Virus record (IMG/VR): IMGVR_UViG_3300028048_003152
Coordinates: 4,795 to 68,794 of that record
Source: a virus
Lineage: Duplodnaviria > Caudoviricetes
DNA: 64,000 bases
Strand: one strand, 5' to 3'
The notes under the pieces were generated by a model, which worked only from the letters and a program-made list of their open reading frames with translations, was not told the DNA's origin and did not search any database. The translations under genes and the position numbers were made by a program. Below are positions 1 through 8,587 of this stretch, in pieces. Every line of letters starts with the position of its first letter. Position 1 is the first letter of the stretch.

Positions 1-542
1 ATGAACTGCTGGCGCACAGCTACAGCAAATTATATAACATTCCATCCACAGGCCTTCGGTTCTTCACTGTCTACGGACCCGCCGGTCGTCCGGATATGTT
101 CTACTATTCCGCAACCCAGAAGCTGGTTGCCGGAAAGACCATCCAGATCTTCAACTACGGCAACTGCAAGAGAGACTTTACCTATGTGGATGACATCGTA
201 GAAGGAATCGTCCGCGTCATGCAGGGTGCCCCGGAGAAAATGAACGGCGAAGACGATCTCCCGCTGCCGCCCTACGCTGTGTACAACATCGGCGGCGGTA
301 CCCCGGAGAATCTCCTGGACTATATCTCCACGCTCCAGGAAGAGCTGGTCCGAGCCAAAGTTCTGCCAGAAGATTACGACTTCGAAGGACACCGTGAACT
401 CGTCGGCATGCAGCCCGGAGATGTGCCAATCACCTATGCCGACAGTACAGGCCTGGAAAATGACTACGGATTCACGCCGACCATCGGCATCCGGGAGGGG
501 CTCAGGAGGTTTGCTGAGTGGTATAAGGAATATTACAAATAA
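1..542 (+). CDS. NAD-dependent epimerase (UDP-glucuronate 4-epimerase-like), 5' part outside window
   Basis: Frame open from base 3 (ELLAHSYSKLYNIPSTGLRFFTVYGPAGRPDM...); 127/148 aa identical to C-terminus of 9206..10267. Confidence 0.9.
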   Translation, partial: ELLAHSYSKLYNIPSTGLRFFTVYGPAGRPDMFYYSATQKLVAGKTIQIFNYGNCKRDFTYVDDIVEGIVRVMQGAPEKMNGEDDLPLPPYAVYNIGGGTPENLLDYISTLQEELVRAKVLPEDYDFEGHRELVGMQPGDVPITYADSTGLENDYGFTPTIGIREGLRRFAEWYKEYYK

Positions 543-651
543 AACCTGTGGGTAGGAATTTATTGAATGATTCCTACCCACTTTTGTTATTCAGTCACAT
601 TGATCCTTTTCTACTGCTCTTTGTTTACAAATTGTTCATCTTATCACAAAA

Positions 652-965
652 TTCTGCATCCCCATCTATCTTAAAGACGTTCCAAGTTGGTCAGATGGGG
701 TGACTACAATATGTAGTGGCTGTAATCCGAAATACGGTTTTTAACTACTATATATGGTATTTACGGCATTTTCGGGAGTCCCGAAGGGTGAGGTTCATTT
801 TTGAGGGGACGGGGGTCTGCCCCGAAGGGAGAGGTTCATTTTTTCCGAAGGGTGATGTTCAGATTTGAAAAATAGACTCTTCCGAAGGGTGATGTTCAAA
901 ACATATAAAAAGCCCACCAGGTCGGCTTCCTCGTAATGAGTTTTCATTACTTGGAATCACTCCGG
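652..965. repeat. Non-coding cassette copy 1 (conserved head, NrdR-box-like pair, 4 iterons, hairpin)
   Basis: 652..694 matches 1831..1873 at 42/43 nt; 908..934 identical to 2126..2152; CCGAAGGG(T/A)GA(T/G)GTTCA at 781, 822, 845, 882. Confidence 0.85.
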
Positions 966-1013
966 CCATGTATTCCAGAAAATTCTTCGCGTTAATATAA
1001 CAGCTCGGATCTT

Positions 1014-1613
1014 TCACCTTTCTTCCATCTGATGCCTGCCTGTATTCAATCCGGAATCCGCCGTCTTCTCGTAGCCGTAAAGCCTGCACCAGCGTGTCAC
1101 GCCGTCTTCAAAACGCTTCCGGATCCCCCATGAGGTGTTCTCGGAAATCGACCTGCTCTCCTCCTGCGCAAAGGCCGCGAGGACGGTCAGAAGCATCTCC
1201 GAGAATGCCGTGCGCGTATCGATGTTGTTGCTCTCGAATACGATGTTGACGCCCAGATTATTGAGGTGGCGCACAAAGGTCAGGCACTCTAAGGTGTTTC
1301 TGGCAAAGCGGCTGATCGACTTTGTTAAGATGAGGTCGATCTTTCCTTCCTCGCACACCCTCATCATCGCCTGGAACTGCGGACGCTTGGCCGCGCTCGT
1401 TCCCGTGATGCCCTCATCGGCAAAAATGCCTGCCATCTCCCACTCAGGATTCGCCCCGATCAGTTCTGTGTAATGCTTGACCTGCCCCTCGAAGCTGGTC
1501 TTCTGGTCTTCCGTATCGGTGGATACCCGGCAGTAGGCAGCCACACGGAGCTTTCCGGTCTGTTCTTTATTCGTTTTCCTTATCGGTTCCAGGATAATCT
1601 TCTGAACTTCCAT
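1014..1613 (-). pseudogene. 3'-truncated large serine recombinase, duplicate of 14468..15979
   Basis: First 185 aa differ at 8 positions from 14468..15979; DNA homology ends at 1068 (=15426); RVAAYCRVST intact. Confidence 0.85.
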
Positions 1614-1654
1614 GTTGTTCTCCTTTCCGCGCCAATGCAGGTTATCCTCCGGCG

Positions 1655-1696
1655 CTGTCCTATATTCCCGTAAAAACTGGTGAATAGCAAGTCAAT
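1655..1696 (-). promoter_or_regulatory. ACTTG-N16-nnGnGA promoter-like motif
   Basis: TTGACTTGCTATTCACCAGTTTTTACGGGAATATAGG upstream of recombinase; near-identical at 16023..16064. Confidence 0.5.
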
Positions 1697-1830
1697 TGTG
1701 CGTAAAACAGGCGCTTTCCGGCCGTATAAATCGTAGAAAGATCCGGCCTGTTTCAGCCGGATATCTGGCAGGTGCAGACAAAGAAACAGCCCTCCGAGCC
1801 AACCCGGAGAGCCGTACAGCATTTTCGCAT

Positions 1831-2193
1831 TTCTGCATCCCCTTCTATCTTAAAGACGTTCCAAGTTGGTCAGTGGGGATAACCCCAATATGTTGATTTC
1901 AAGATTTGCAAACTACTATATATAGTGGTTTCGGTTGGTTCGGGGTGGTAAGTAGGGATAATGTTCATTTTTGAGATGGGGCTGATACCCCAGTAGGGAT
2001 AATGTTCATTTTTGAGAATCGCCCGGATCAGGGCGGTCAGATGGGAATTTGAAGTAGGGATAATGTTCAAAACATAGTAGGGATAATGTTCAGATTTTAT
2101 GTAGGTAGGGATAATGTTCAAAATGAAAAGCCCACCAGGTCGGCTTCCTCGTTACGATGTGATATCGTTTCTTGGAAACAAACCCGGTGGGCT
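1831..2193. repeat. Non-coding cassette copy 2 (conserved head, NrdR-box-like pair, 5 iterons, hairpin)
   Basis: (A/G)GTAGGGATAATGTTCA at 1951, 1992, 2053, 2076, 2104; AGCCCACC(2129)...GGTGGGCT(2193) stem. Confidence 0.85.
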
Positions 2194-2241
2194 GCATCTT
2201 TTTTATTCAGTTCTTCAGTGCCTCGTCATAAGGCGAAAATT

Positions 2242-2577
2242 TTATGACTTCTCTTCTACATCTTCATCAACCGGCTTCCCGGTCTTCTTGTACTTCCAGC
2301 CTTCGGAATCCATATACCGTTCCTCGCCGAGGACGTATTCATGATGGAAGTATTTCACGATGTCCAGATCCAAGGCTTCAAGCACCCGGCAGGCCACATC
2401 GAATGACGCCGTCCGGAGGTTCCGCTCCCCGCCTTCAAACTTCTGATAGTGCTGGATCAGAATCCCCGCCTTATCTGCCACCTGCTGCTGTGTGAGTCCG
2501 CAGGTTACGCGCCTCTCTTTAAGAAGACCGTCCTTCTTATCCTGTGTATGTACCACTCTGAACCCATTCATATTCAT
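2242..2577 (-). CDS. XRE-family helix-turn-helix regulator
   Basis: LKERRVTCGLTQQQVADKAGILIQHYQKFEGGER HTH signature; RBS and consensus promoter upstream. Confidence 0.85.
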   Translation of the reverse strand: MNMNGFRVVHTQDKKDGLLKERRVTCGLTQQQVADKAGILIQHYQKFEGGERNLRTASFDVACRVLEALDLDIVKYFHHEYVLGEERYMDSEGWKYKKTGKPVDEDVEEKS

Positions 2578-2592
2578 TGCGCATATCTCCTT

Positions 2593-2644
2593 TACATCCA
2601 GTTGTGTGTAGGCTCATTATACACACAGGTGGGTGTAATGTCAA
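2593..2644 (-). promoter_or_regulatory. Consensus sigmaA promoter with two 18-bp operator-like palindromes
   Basis: TTGACA (2639..2644)-17 bp-TATAAT (2616..2621); TACA..CAG.TG.GTGTA at 2593..2610 and 2620..2637. Confidence 0.8.
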
Positions 2645-2648
2645 TATG

Positions 2649-2852
2649 CTATCTAGTAGTCTTCCGTTTCGTATTTCGAAGCAGCTCCCGCGGAACAACG
2701 CGAGTCCCATCCTCGGAAGATGAGAGATTGGAGTCACCCTCCTGCCTGCTCATACGATGCCTCGCCTGATCGACCGTGTAAACGCGGGCATTGCTCTTTG
2801 CCTTGGATTCTTCCTCAGCGAGTTTTGCAACCATCTTGATCGTCTCCATCAT
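2649..2852 (-). CDS. Small protein resembling serine-recombinase helix E
   Basis: AAGGAGG RBS; VAKLAEEESKAKS resembles LATVAEEESRSKS of 4562..6409. Confidence 0.5.
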   Translation of the reverse strand: MMETIKMVAKLAEEESKAKSNARVYTVDQARHRMSRQEGDSNLSSSEDGTRVVPRELLRNTKRKTTR

Positions 2853-2911
2853 ACATCCTCCTTGAAATGTGATTTTTATGAACCAATCGGGTTCAGTTTT
2901 GATTCTCTAGT

Positions 2912-3370
2912 TTATATTCTCCACTGACCTCTCGGCGGAAACATCAGTGAATATAACCGCTCCCATCCCCTGCTCCCCAGGATGTTTTCGCCTTCAAAGT
3001 AGACAACCACAGATCGAGCTTCAATTTCCCTGGTGATCTCTAAAGCCTTATCCATGTCATGGCTGATATGGTTAATAGACCGGATCACAACCAGATCAAT
3101 ATCTCCGCAATCGTCCAGCAGTTTGTCCAGAGCCGTGTGATCTTCCCACCCCTCGTCAGAATAGACACCTTTGAGAATCCAGTTGTACCTCTTGGCTCTT
3201 TCCTGATACTCCCGCACTATCAACTGGCAGGAAGCTATCTGCTCGAAGGGCTGTGGGGAAGATCGGCGGTAGACAGCTACACGTAAGCCATCGGTAGCGA
3301 AGACTGGCGGATCGATCACCATTTCCTTGTACTTATCCCTGATCCTCTGCTTACGTTCCTCTCGCGTCAT
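2912..3370 (-). CDS. Degenerate resolvase-domain-only serine recombinase-like protein
   Basis: LRVAVYRRSS, YSDEG, DLVVIRSINHISHD, VYFEGENI align to the resolvase fold; SRF-type motif altered. Confidence 0.65.
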   Translation of the reverse strand: MTREERKQRIRDKYKEMVIDPPVFATDGLRVAVYRRSSPQPFEQIASCQLIVREYQERAKRYNWILKGVYSDEGWEDHTALDKLLDDCGDIDLVVIRSINHISHDMDKALEITREIEARSVVVYFEGENILGSRGWERLYSLMFPPRGQWRI

Positions 3371-3771
3371 TTCCTCGCCTCTTTCACTCTGCCTTCATGT
3401 ACTTCCAACGCCTGTCGCAGATCGAAGAAAACCTTGCGGCTGTCCGGAGACGGCTTCACACCCGGCACCCGGTATGTCAGTTTCTTTTTCCAGCCGCAAC
3501 TCTGAAAGACGAACCGGACCAGGTCCTTACTCTTGATGTCGTAGTGGTCACGACTCAGCTTGTCCGGGAGCCTGTTCGCGCCACCGTCATCGATTCCACA
3601 CGGCTCGATCCCAAAGACCAGATCTTCTGGGCTGAACATGAAGTGGAAGAACTCCGGATAGCCCATCGCCTTCAGTGTCGTTTTGAAGATTGTGATCCTG
3701 CCGGAATCTACGTTGAAGGATATGCCGGGAACTGAATAATCCCATACGATATAGTCATCCACTGTGGTCAC
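3367..3771 (-). CDS. Hypothetical protein, paralogue of recombinase C-terminal domain
   Basis: Translationally coupled ORF; motif similarity to 3813..4580. Confidence 0.7.
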   Translation of the reverse strand: MTTVDDYIVWDYSVPGISFNVDSGRITIFKTTLKAMGYPEFFHFMFSPEDLVFGIEPCGIDDGGANRLPDKLSRDHYDIKSKDLVRFVFQSCGWKKKLTYRVPGVKPSPDSRKVFFDLRQALEVHEGRVKEARK

Positions 3772-3812
3772 CTCCGTTCTGGGGCAGCATAGGGCGCATT
3801 ACTCCCCTGGTG

Positions 3813-4580
3813 TTACTCATCAGGCTGCTCGGGATCAGGTTGTGTGGGAACATCTGACTGTGGCCGCTGACCGGCTTCCTTCTTCTCTCGCACTCCCGTC
3901 AGCATCGCGATCTCCACAAAGCCGTCCATTTCCTTGACCTCGGTCTCCTTCTTGTACTGCTCCATCGGCACACCGAAGGTGTTAGCGATATCGTCCGAGT
4001 AATATCCTTTTCTGGTATCGACCTTAACGACCTCGCCGTTCTCGTCCACAGGTTCCTCTCCCTTCTTCGGCTTCTCGTTAAATACCTGCGGTACATTGAA
4101 GTCGAACACAAAGTAGAGCTTTCCGTCATAAGGAATCAGATATCCGAGGAACTTGTAACGGCACTTCTTGTCCCAGCCGAAATGATCGTAGAGGGAATTC
4201 GTGAAATCAGGGCAGCGCATCCTGCGACTCTTGCGCTTATCCTGCTTTGCCACGCACCAACGGAGAGCGTGCTTGTCGTTCTGGTCGCAGCCGGTCACAG
4301 AAAAAAGTCCGACTTCCTCATCAAACTGCAGCCTGACCCAGACCACGCCATCCAATTCCCTGAGACACGCGGCATTGAAGGATATGTTGCCGTCCCTGAT
4401 CGTAACGGCAGGATCGCGCGGGCTTGGGAACAGCTCTTTCCGGATCACCTTCATCCTGTCAGGATTGAACATGCCCATCAGTTCCTGCCGGCGTGCTTCT
4501 CTGGCAGAAGAATCCTGCTCCAGATCCTTATTCTCGTTGATCTCGTTCATCTGATCCTCGTTCATGCCGTCTTCTTCCAC
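3813..4580 (-). CDS. Recombinase-associated hypothetical protein
   Basis: Overlaps recombinase stop; TIRDGNISFNAACL similar to TIQNGKLRFNTACL in recombinase C-terminus. Confidence 0.75.
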   Translation of the reverse strand: MEEDGMNEDQMNEINENKDLEQDSSAREARRQELMGMFNPDRMKVIRKELFPSPRDPAVTIRDGNISFNAACLRELDGVVWVRLQFDEEVGLFSVTGCDQNDKHALRWCVAKQDKRKSRRMRCPDFTNSLYDHFGWDKKCRYKFLGYLIPYDGKLYFVFDFNVPQVFNEKPKKGEEPVDENGEVVKVDTRKGYYSDDIANTFGVPMEQYKKETEVKEMDGFVEIAMLTGVREKKEAGQRPQSDVPTQPDPEQPDE

Positions 4581-6409
4581 CCTTCCATAATTGTCTCCGC
4601 TTCCTTCATCAGGCCCGCCAGCTTGTCAGCTGTGAAGGTATTCATCTCTTCCAGTTCTGTCGCCGGGCGCAGTACATCCCAGTCGCCTGCATAATGCTGC
4701 TGCACCAGAACTGATGCACGGCCATAACTGCTGACCGGCACTCCGAATGAAGATGTCCAGGACTCAGGATATACACGCACCGTCTCCTGGATAACGATCT
4801 CTTCCGTAGCATCCTCTTCATCCGTTTCCTCTACTTCCGACTTATCCGGAACGACGACCTGCTCCACGACCTTTGTGATCACAGGCTCATCCAGTTCAAA
4901 TACCAAGAGTTTCTGATCGTCCTGGTTTATGAACTGTCCCCGGAACCGGTACTTGCCCTCGTCCTCCCAGCTCATGAGATCAAAGAGCGTCTTGGACAAC
5001 CCCCTGCATCCGAGCGTGCTGACCACCCAGCGTTCCTCCCGGAGCTTTCCCCAGTGGATGGCATTCGGATTGCTCTCATCGCATGGACGGATAGCGATGG
5101 TATTTGTGACCGTGTTCAGCAGGAGCTCCACATATTCCACATCTTCAAACTTTTTCAGGCAGGCTGTGTTAAACCGCAGCTTGCCGTTTTGTATCGTCAT
5201 CGTCAGCTGCTCCCTTGACGGAAAATAGTCTGCCCGGACCACTTTATAACCACCCATGAAAAGCTGTGGTCCCTTGGCGGTCACCTTGATCTCCGGGATC
5301 TCCACGCTCTCACATGCCGCCTGGTAGTCCTCAACGGAGAAGCCGCTCCAACTCTTGTCCATAGGAACGAAACCGGAAAGGATACCACCATCGATCACAC
5401 TGAGCACCGGCAGCGGACGACTCTTGGAAGCATACTGCCGGGAGGACTTTAGCAGATTCGCAGCATTATATACATCCCGGGTCACGATACCTTCGTGGTG
5501 ATCGCGTTGAATATACTGCTTCCGATTCTGCTTATTCTTAACTGACTTGTGCGTTTTGAAGTCAGGGGTATAGGTTTTACGCGAGCGGACATCGCCACAG
5601 TGTCGCTCATTCTCTATCACGCCATCGATGGAGCCCGGATTCCAGACTCCGTTACCAAGTTTGGTAGTCCTTCCATACTCGGTCAGTAATTCAGCGATCT
5701 CGGTCGGAGACCATCCGTTGATGTACAGGTAAAAGATTACTTTGACCGTCTCGGCTTCATCTGGGTTTATAACCAGTTCCCCATCCTCGTCCAGATCGTA
5801 TCCCAGTAATTTCGGAGTCAGGAAGATGCCCTTCGAAAATCGCCGCTCGATGGACCAGTTCATGATGAACGACTTAGACCGCGACTCCTCTTCCGCTACC
5901 GTGGCAAGGATGGTCAGGACAAGGGCACCGGTGGTATCCAGCGTGTACAGATTGTTCTCATCGAAATGTACACCCACGCCCAAGTTCTTCAGCTCATCGA
6001 TCACGGACAGACAGTCGACAACGTTCCTCGCGAATCTCGCGATTGATTTCGCAAGTATGTGTTGTATCTTACCGGCTCTGGCGTCCTCGATCATCTGGAG
6101 CATGCCCTTCCGATGTGTCAGACTCGTACCCGAGATACCCTCGTCGCTATAGATGCCGACAAACTCCCAGTTCGGATTTGCCTTGATCCGTTCGGTGAAG
6201 TCATTGACCTGCAGCTCATACGATGAGGTCTGCTCGTCGTTTTCCGTGGACACACGAACATACGCAGCGACCTTCAGTGGCCGCTGTTCCAAGGCAATCT
6301 CGTCGGTCGCAATAGCCGGTATGACTTCCAGCTCAGAAGGATCGACGCCCTTATATCTGGTTCTGATTTTCTGTTTGCTGTCACCCGCTGCTTTTTCACT
6401 GGCGATCAT
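4562..6409 (-). CDS. Large serine recombinase with extra C-terminal domain
   Basis: KVAAYVRVST, YSDEGISGT, KSIARFARN, AEEESRSKS, LLGYD motifs. Confidence 0.92.
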   Translation of the reverse strand: MIASEKAAGDSKQKIRTRYKGVDPSELEVIPAIATDEIALEQRPLKVAAYVRVSTENDEQTSSYELQVNDFTERIKANPNWEFVGIYSDEGISGTSLTHRKGMLQMIEDARAGKIQHILAKSIARFARNVVDCLSVIDELKNLGVGVHFDENNLYTLDTTGALVLTILATVAEEESRSKSFIMNWSIERRFSKGIFLTPKLLGYDLDEDGELVINPDEAETVKVIFYLYINGWSPTEIAELLTEYGRTTKLGNGVWNPGSIDGVIENERHCGDVRSRKTYTPDFKTHKSVKNKQNRKQYIQRDHHEGIVTRDVYNAANLLKSSRQYASKSRPLPVLSVIDGGILSGFVPMDKSWSGFSVEDYQAACESVEIPEIKVTAKGPQLFMGGYKVVRADYFPSREQLTMTIQNGKLRFNTACLKKFEDVEYVELLLNTVTNTIAIRPCDESNPNAIHWGKLREERWVVSTLGCRGLSKTLFDLMSWEDEGKYRFRGQFINQDDQKLLVFELDEPVITKVVEQVVVPDKSEVEETDEEDATEEIVIQETVRVYPESWTSSFGVPVSSYGRASVLVQQHYAGDWDVLRPATELEEMNTFTADKLAGLMKEAETIMEGWKKTA

Positions 6410-6427
6410 TTGTGTCTCACATCCTTT

Positions 6428-7411
6428 TTAACCTTCAAGTTCGCCTTCTTCGGGCATCATCCAGTACCACTTCCGCATTTTTCTGAATGGCTTAATACCA
6501 AGGGCAACCTTGGCATCGTTCATGGTCTTATCTCCGATCCGATATTCAGCCATCAGATTCTTGATCTCTGTGGACTCAACAGGACCATTCTCCAAAGCCC
6601 TGGTAATGAGAATAGCTGCCAGCTCATGCTTGTTCTTCGGCAGATCGGGAACCGGCTCTGAAGGAGCAGTTGGCTGTATGGATCTCTCAAAACCCAGCCA
6701 TCGGAAACCAGTCTCTGGACGAATCTCAAAAGAGAAGTCCGGGCCTTTGGGAGCCGCGCTGCTCTTAATGTGATGAACGATACGGATGTGTTCATCTTCC
6801 TTTGACCGCTCCACCTGTAGTACGCTCCTCGCGGACGCAACCAGGTCGATACTTCCAAGTCCCCGGTATAAATCCTTCTGTCCCCCGCTCTTATTCATGT
6901 GCCCGATAACCACAATCGCGCATTCATACATGGAAGCCCATATCCCTGTGCGTTTCATCAATCTCCGGGCTTTTGATGCACTCATCAAATCGGAGTCGTT
7001 TTCAACATAAGCCTGGATCGGATCGATAACCACAAGACGAGGGTTGAAAGTTATGATGGCTTCCCTCAGCCTCTCATCATCAATAGTCAGACCGCTGTAG
7101 ATCTCTTCATTGATGAAAGCGATGTTCCGGCAGTTTGCGCCGTTAGCTTCCAACCTGGGTTTGATCGTATCTCCCGCATCATCTTCCGAACACTGATAGA
7201 TGATCTTCTGTGGTACTCCGAGTGCCGTTCCGTCTGGCATTGCCCCGCCTCTTGACAGTTCCGCCACAATGTTCATCATCATGGTCGACTTTCCGTCATT
7301 GGGATCGCCCTGCAATAGAGTAACCTTCCCTATGGGGATATATGGACGCCACAGCCACTGAACCGGCTTTGACTGGATGTCACTGTAAAGCGTCAGCAGC
7401 TTTGACTCCAC
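6428..7411 (-). CDS. AAA_25/RecA-family ATPase (RepA-helicase-like)
   Basis: Walker A GDPNDGKS, Walker B LVVIDP, C-terminal wHTH-like region; GTG start after GGAGGG. Confidence 0.85.
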   Translation of the reverse strand: MESKLLTLYSDIQSKPVQWLWRPYIPIGKVTLLQGDPNDGKSTMMMNIVAELSRGGAMPDGTALGVPQKIIYQCSEDDAGDTIKPRLEANGANCRNIAFINEEIYSGLTIDDERLREAIITFNPRLVVIDPIQAYVENDSDLMSASKARRLMKRTGIWASMYECAIVVIGHMNKSGGQKDLYRGLGSIDLVASARSVLQVERSKEDEHIRIVHHIKSSAAPKGPDFSFEIRPETGFRWLGFERSIQPTAPSEPVPDLPKNKHELAAILITRALENGPVESTEIKNLMAEYRIGDKTMNDAKVALGIKPFRKMRKWYWMMPEEGELEG

Positions 7412-7500
7412 CTTCTTGACACCTTCCCTCCCGAAACTCACAGGCACAGTAAACACAAGCTTCTTTTTTCTAAGAATATTATACAGTACCAACGCCGATC

Positions 7501-7553
7501 TCAGTTTAACCCATTAGTTATAATTGAGCGCGCAACTTAAACTGTCAGTTTAA
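7501..7553. promoter_or_regulatory. Operator-like palindrome between divergent ATPase and XRE genes
   Basis: TTAAACTG-T-CAGTTTAA at 7537..7553; extra half-site TCAGTTTAA at 7501. Confidence 0.55.
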
Positions 7554-7696
7554 AAAAACGGCTCAGATCGCCATTCTCTCACCCGCAAAAGAAACCACCA
7601 TCTTAAAAAGGCAAAAAACTCCGTTGCTATGTAAAATTCCTGACGGTAATATGCTGATGCCTACTGTGGGCCATTCGGAAAGGAGCGCAAAAAGAA

Positions 7697-8038
7697 ATGG
7701 CCATAGACAGCGAAAGCATAGGACGAAACATCAAGTTTTACAGGAATCAAAAGGGTATTTCGCAAGAAGAATTGGGCAAAGCCGTATATGTCTCAAATAT
7801 CCACATCAGTTATCTCGAAGCTGGCACAAAGGTGCCAAGCCTAGAACTACTGATCTTAATCGCTAACGTACTCGACGTTTCCGCTGACGATCTCCTTGTA
7901 GATAACCTTACAAGAACCAGTTCCGTAGTTGGGAAAGAACTTCATGCCATCTTACAGGACTGTCACCCAGCTAAGAAGGAGATGCTCATCAAGACTCTGA
8001 AGTTTATGAAGGAGCTCTGGACGGAGTACAAAATCTGA
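7697..8038 (+). CDS. XRE-family repressor
   Basis: IKFYRNQKGISQEELGKAVYVSNIHISYLEAGTKVPSLELL. Confidence 0.9.
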   Translation: MAIDSESIGRNIKFYRNQKGISQEELGKAVYVSNIHISYLEAGTKVPSLELLILIANVLDVSADDLLVDNLTRTSSVVGKELHAILQDCHPAKKEMLIKTLKFMKELWTEYKI

Positions 8039-8047
8039 CAACATAAC

Positions 8048-8130
8048 AAAAAATCTGCCCGCGTAGGCGGCAGCAGCATCCTTGATTTTTTCTTGGGTGC
8101 TTCTGTCCTCTACACGGGCAGATACTTTTT
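8048..8130. terminator. Bidirectional long-stem terminator
   Basis: A-tract ATCTGCCCG...CGGGCAGAT T-tract between convergent genes. Confidence 0.65.
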
Positions 8131-8140
8131 CGTATGTACT

Positions 8141-8587
8141 TTACGCCACGGTCAACCAGCAGTCTGTGATGAATTCAGCCATTTCCACAGACATGGAGGC
8201 TACATATTCTTTGCCATCCAGTACCGGAAGCAGGTCATCCCGCATGAACTCGATTGTCCGTTCCAGCAGATTCTCTCCCGGCTGTGCCTGCCACTCCATC
8301 GCAGAGATTGTGGCTGCTGTTCTCGCGTCATCGATCAGCGCCGCAAAAGCATCCCTGTCGATCCCACTCCACTGTTCCGTTGCCAGTTTCCGCCCTTTGA
8401 CCGTCCCACCGCGAAGTCCCCTCATTTCCGGGCTGACAATCCGCTCAAGTTCCTCTGGCACAACCTCGACCTTCATGCTCTGCAGATATGCCTTGATCAT
8501 CGCAGCCACAGTCAAGTCTGTTATATTAAAGCCGTACTTATCTGCGTAAACGTCGCGCAGAATCCCTGTATTCATCTCCATGTACAA
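8141..8587 (-). CDS. Hypothetical protein
   Basis: 148-aa ORF with GGAGG RBS. Confidence 0.65.
   Translation of the reverse strand: MYMEMNTGILRDVYADKYGFNITDLTVAAMIKAYLQSMKVEVVPEELERIVSPEMRGLRGGTVKGRKLATEQWSGIDRDAFAALIDDARTAATISAMEWQAQPGENLLERTIEFMRDDLLPVLDGKEYVASMSVEMAEFITDCWLTVA

Noticed and set aside
859-1089. ORF spanning the recombinase truncation and cassette 1
   Set aside because: It crosses two junctions and a hairpin; at most it holds ~100 bp of an unidentified gene remnant
1951-2120. TAGGGATAA resembles the start of the I-SceI site
   Set aside because: Only 9 of 18 nt match; the units continue TGTTCA and have a homologous variant in cassette 1
1870-2121. ORF with repeated NIIPT/EHYPY peptides
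   Set aside because: A by-product of the DNA iterons; cassette 1 does not conserve the peptide
781-2123. Repeat arrays as CRISPR
   Set aside because: Units are 17 bp with irregular short gaps, no unique ~30-bp spacers and no cas genes (DUF2800 is a phage Cas4-like exonuclease)
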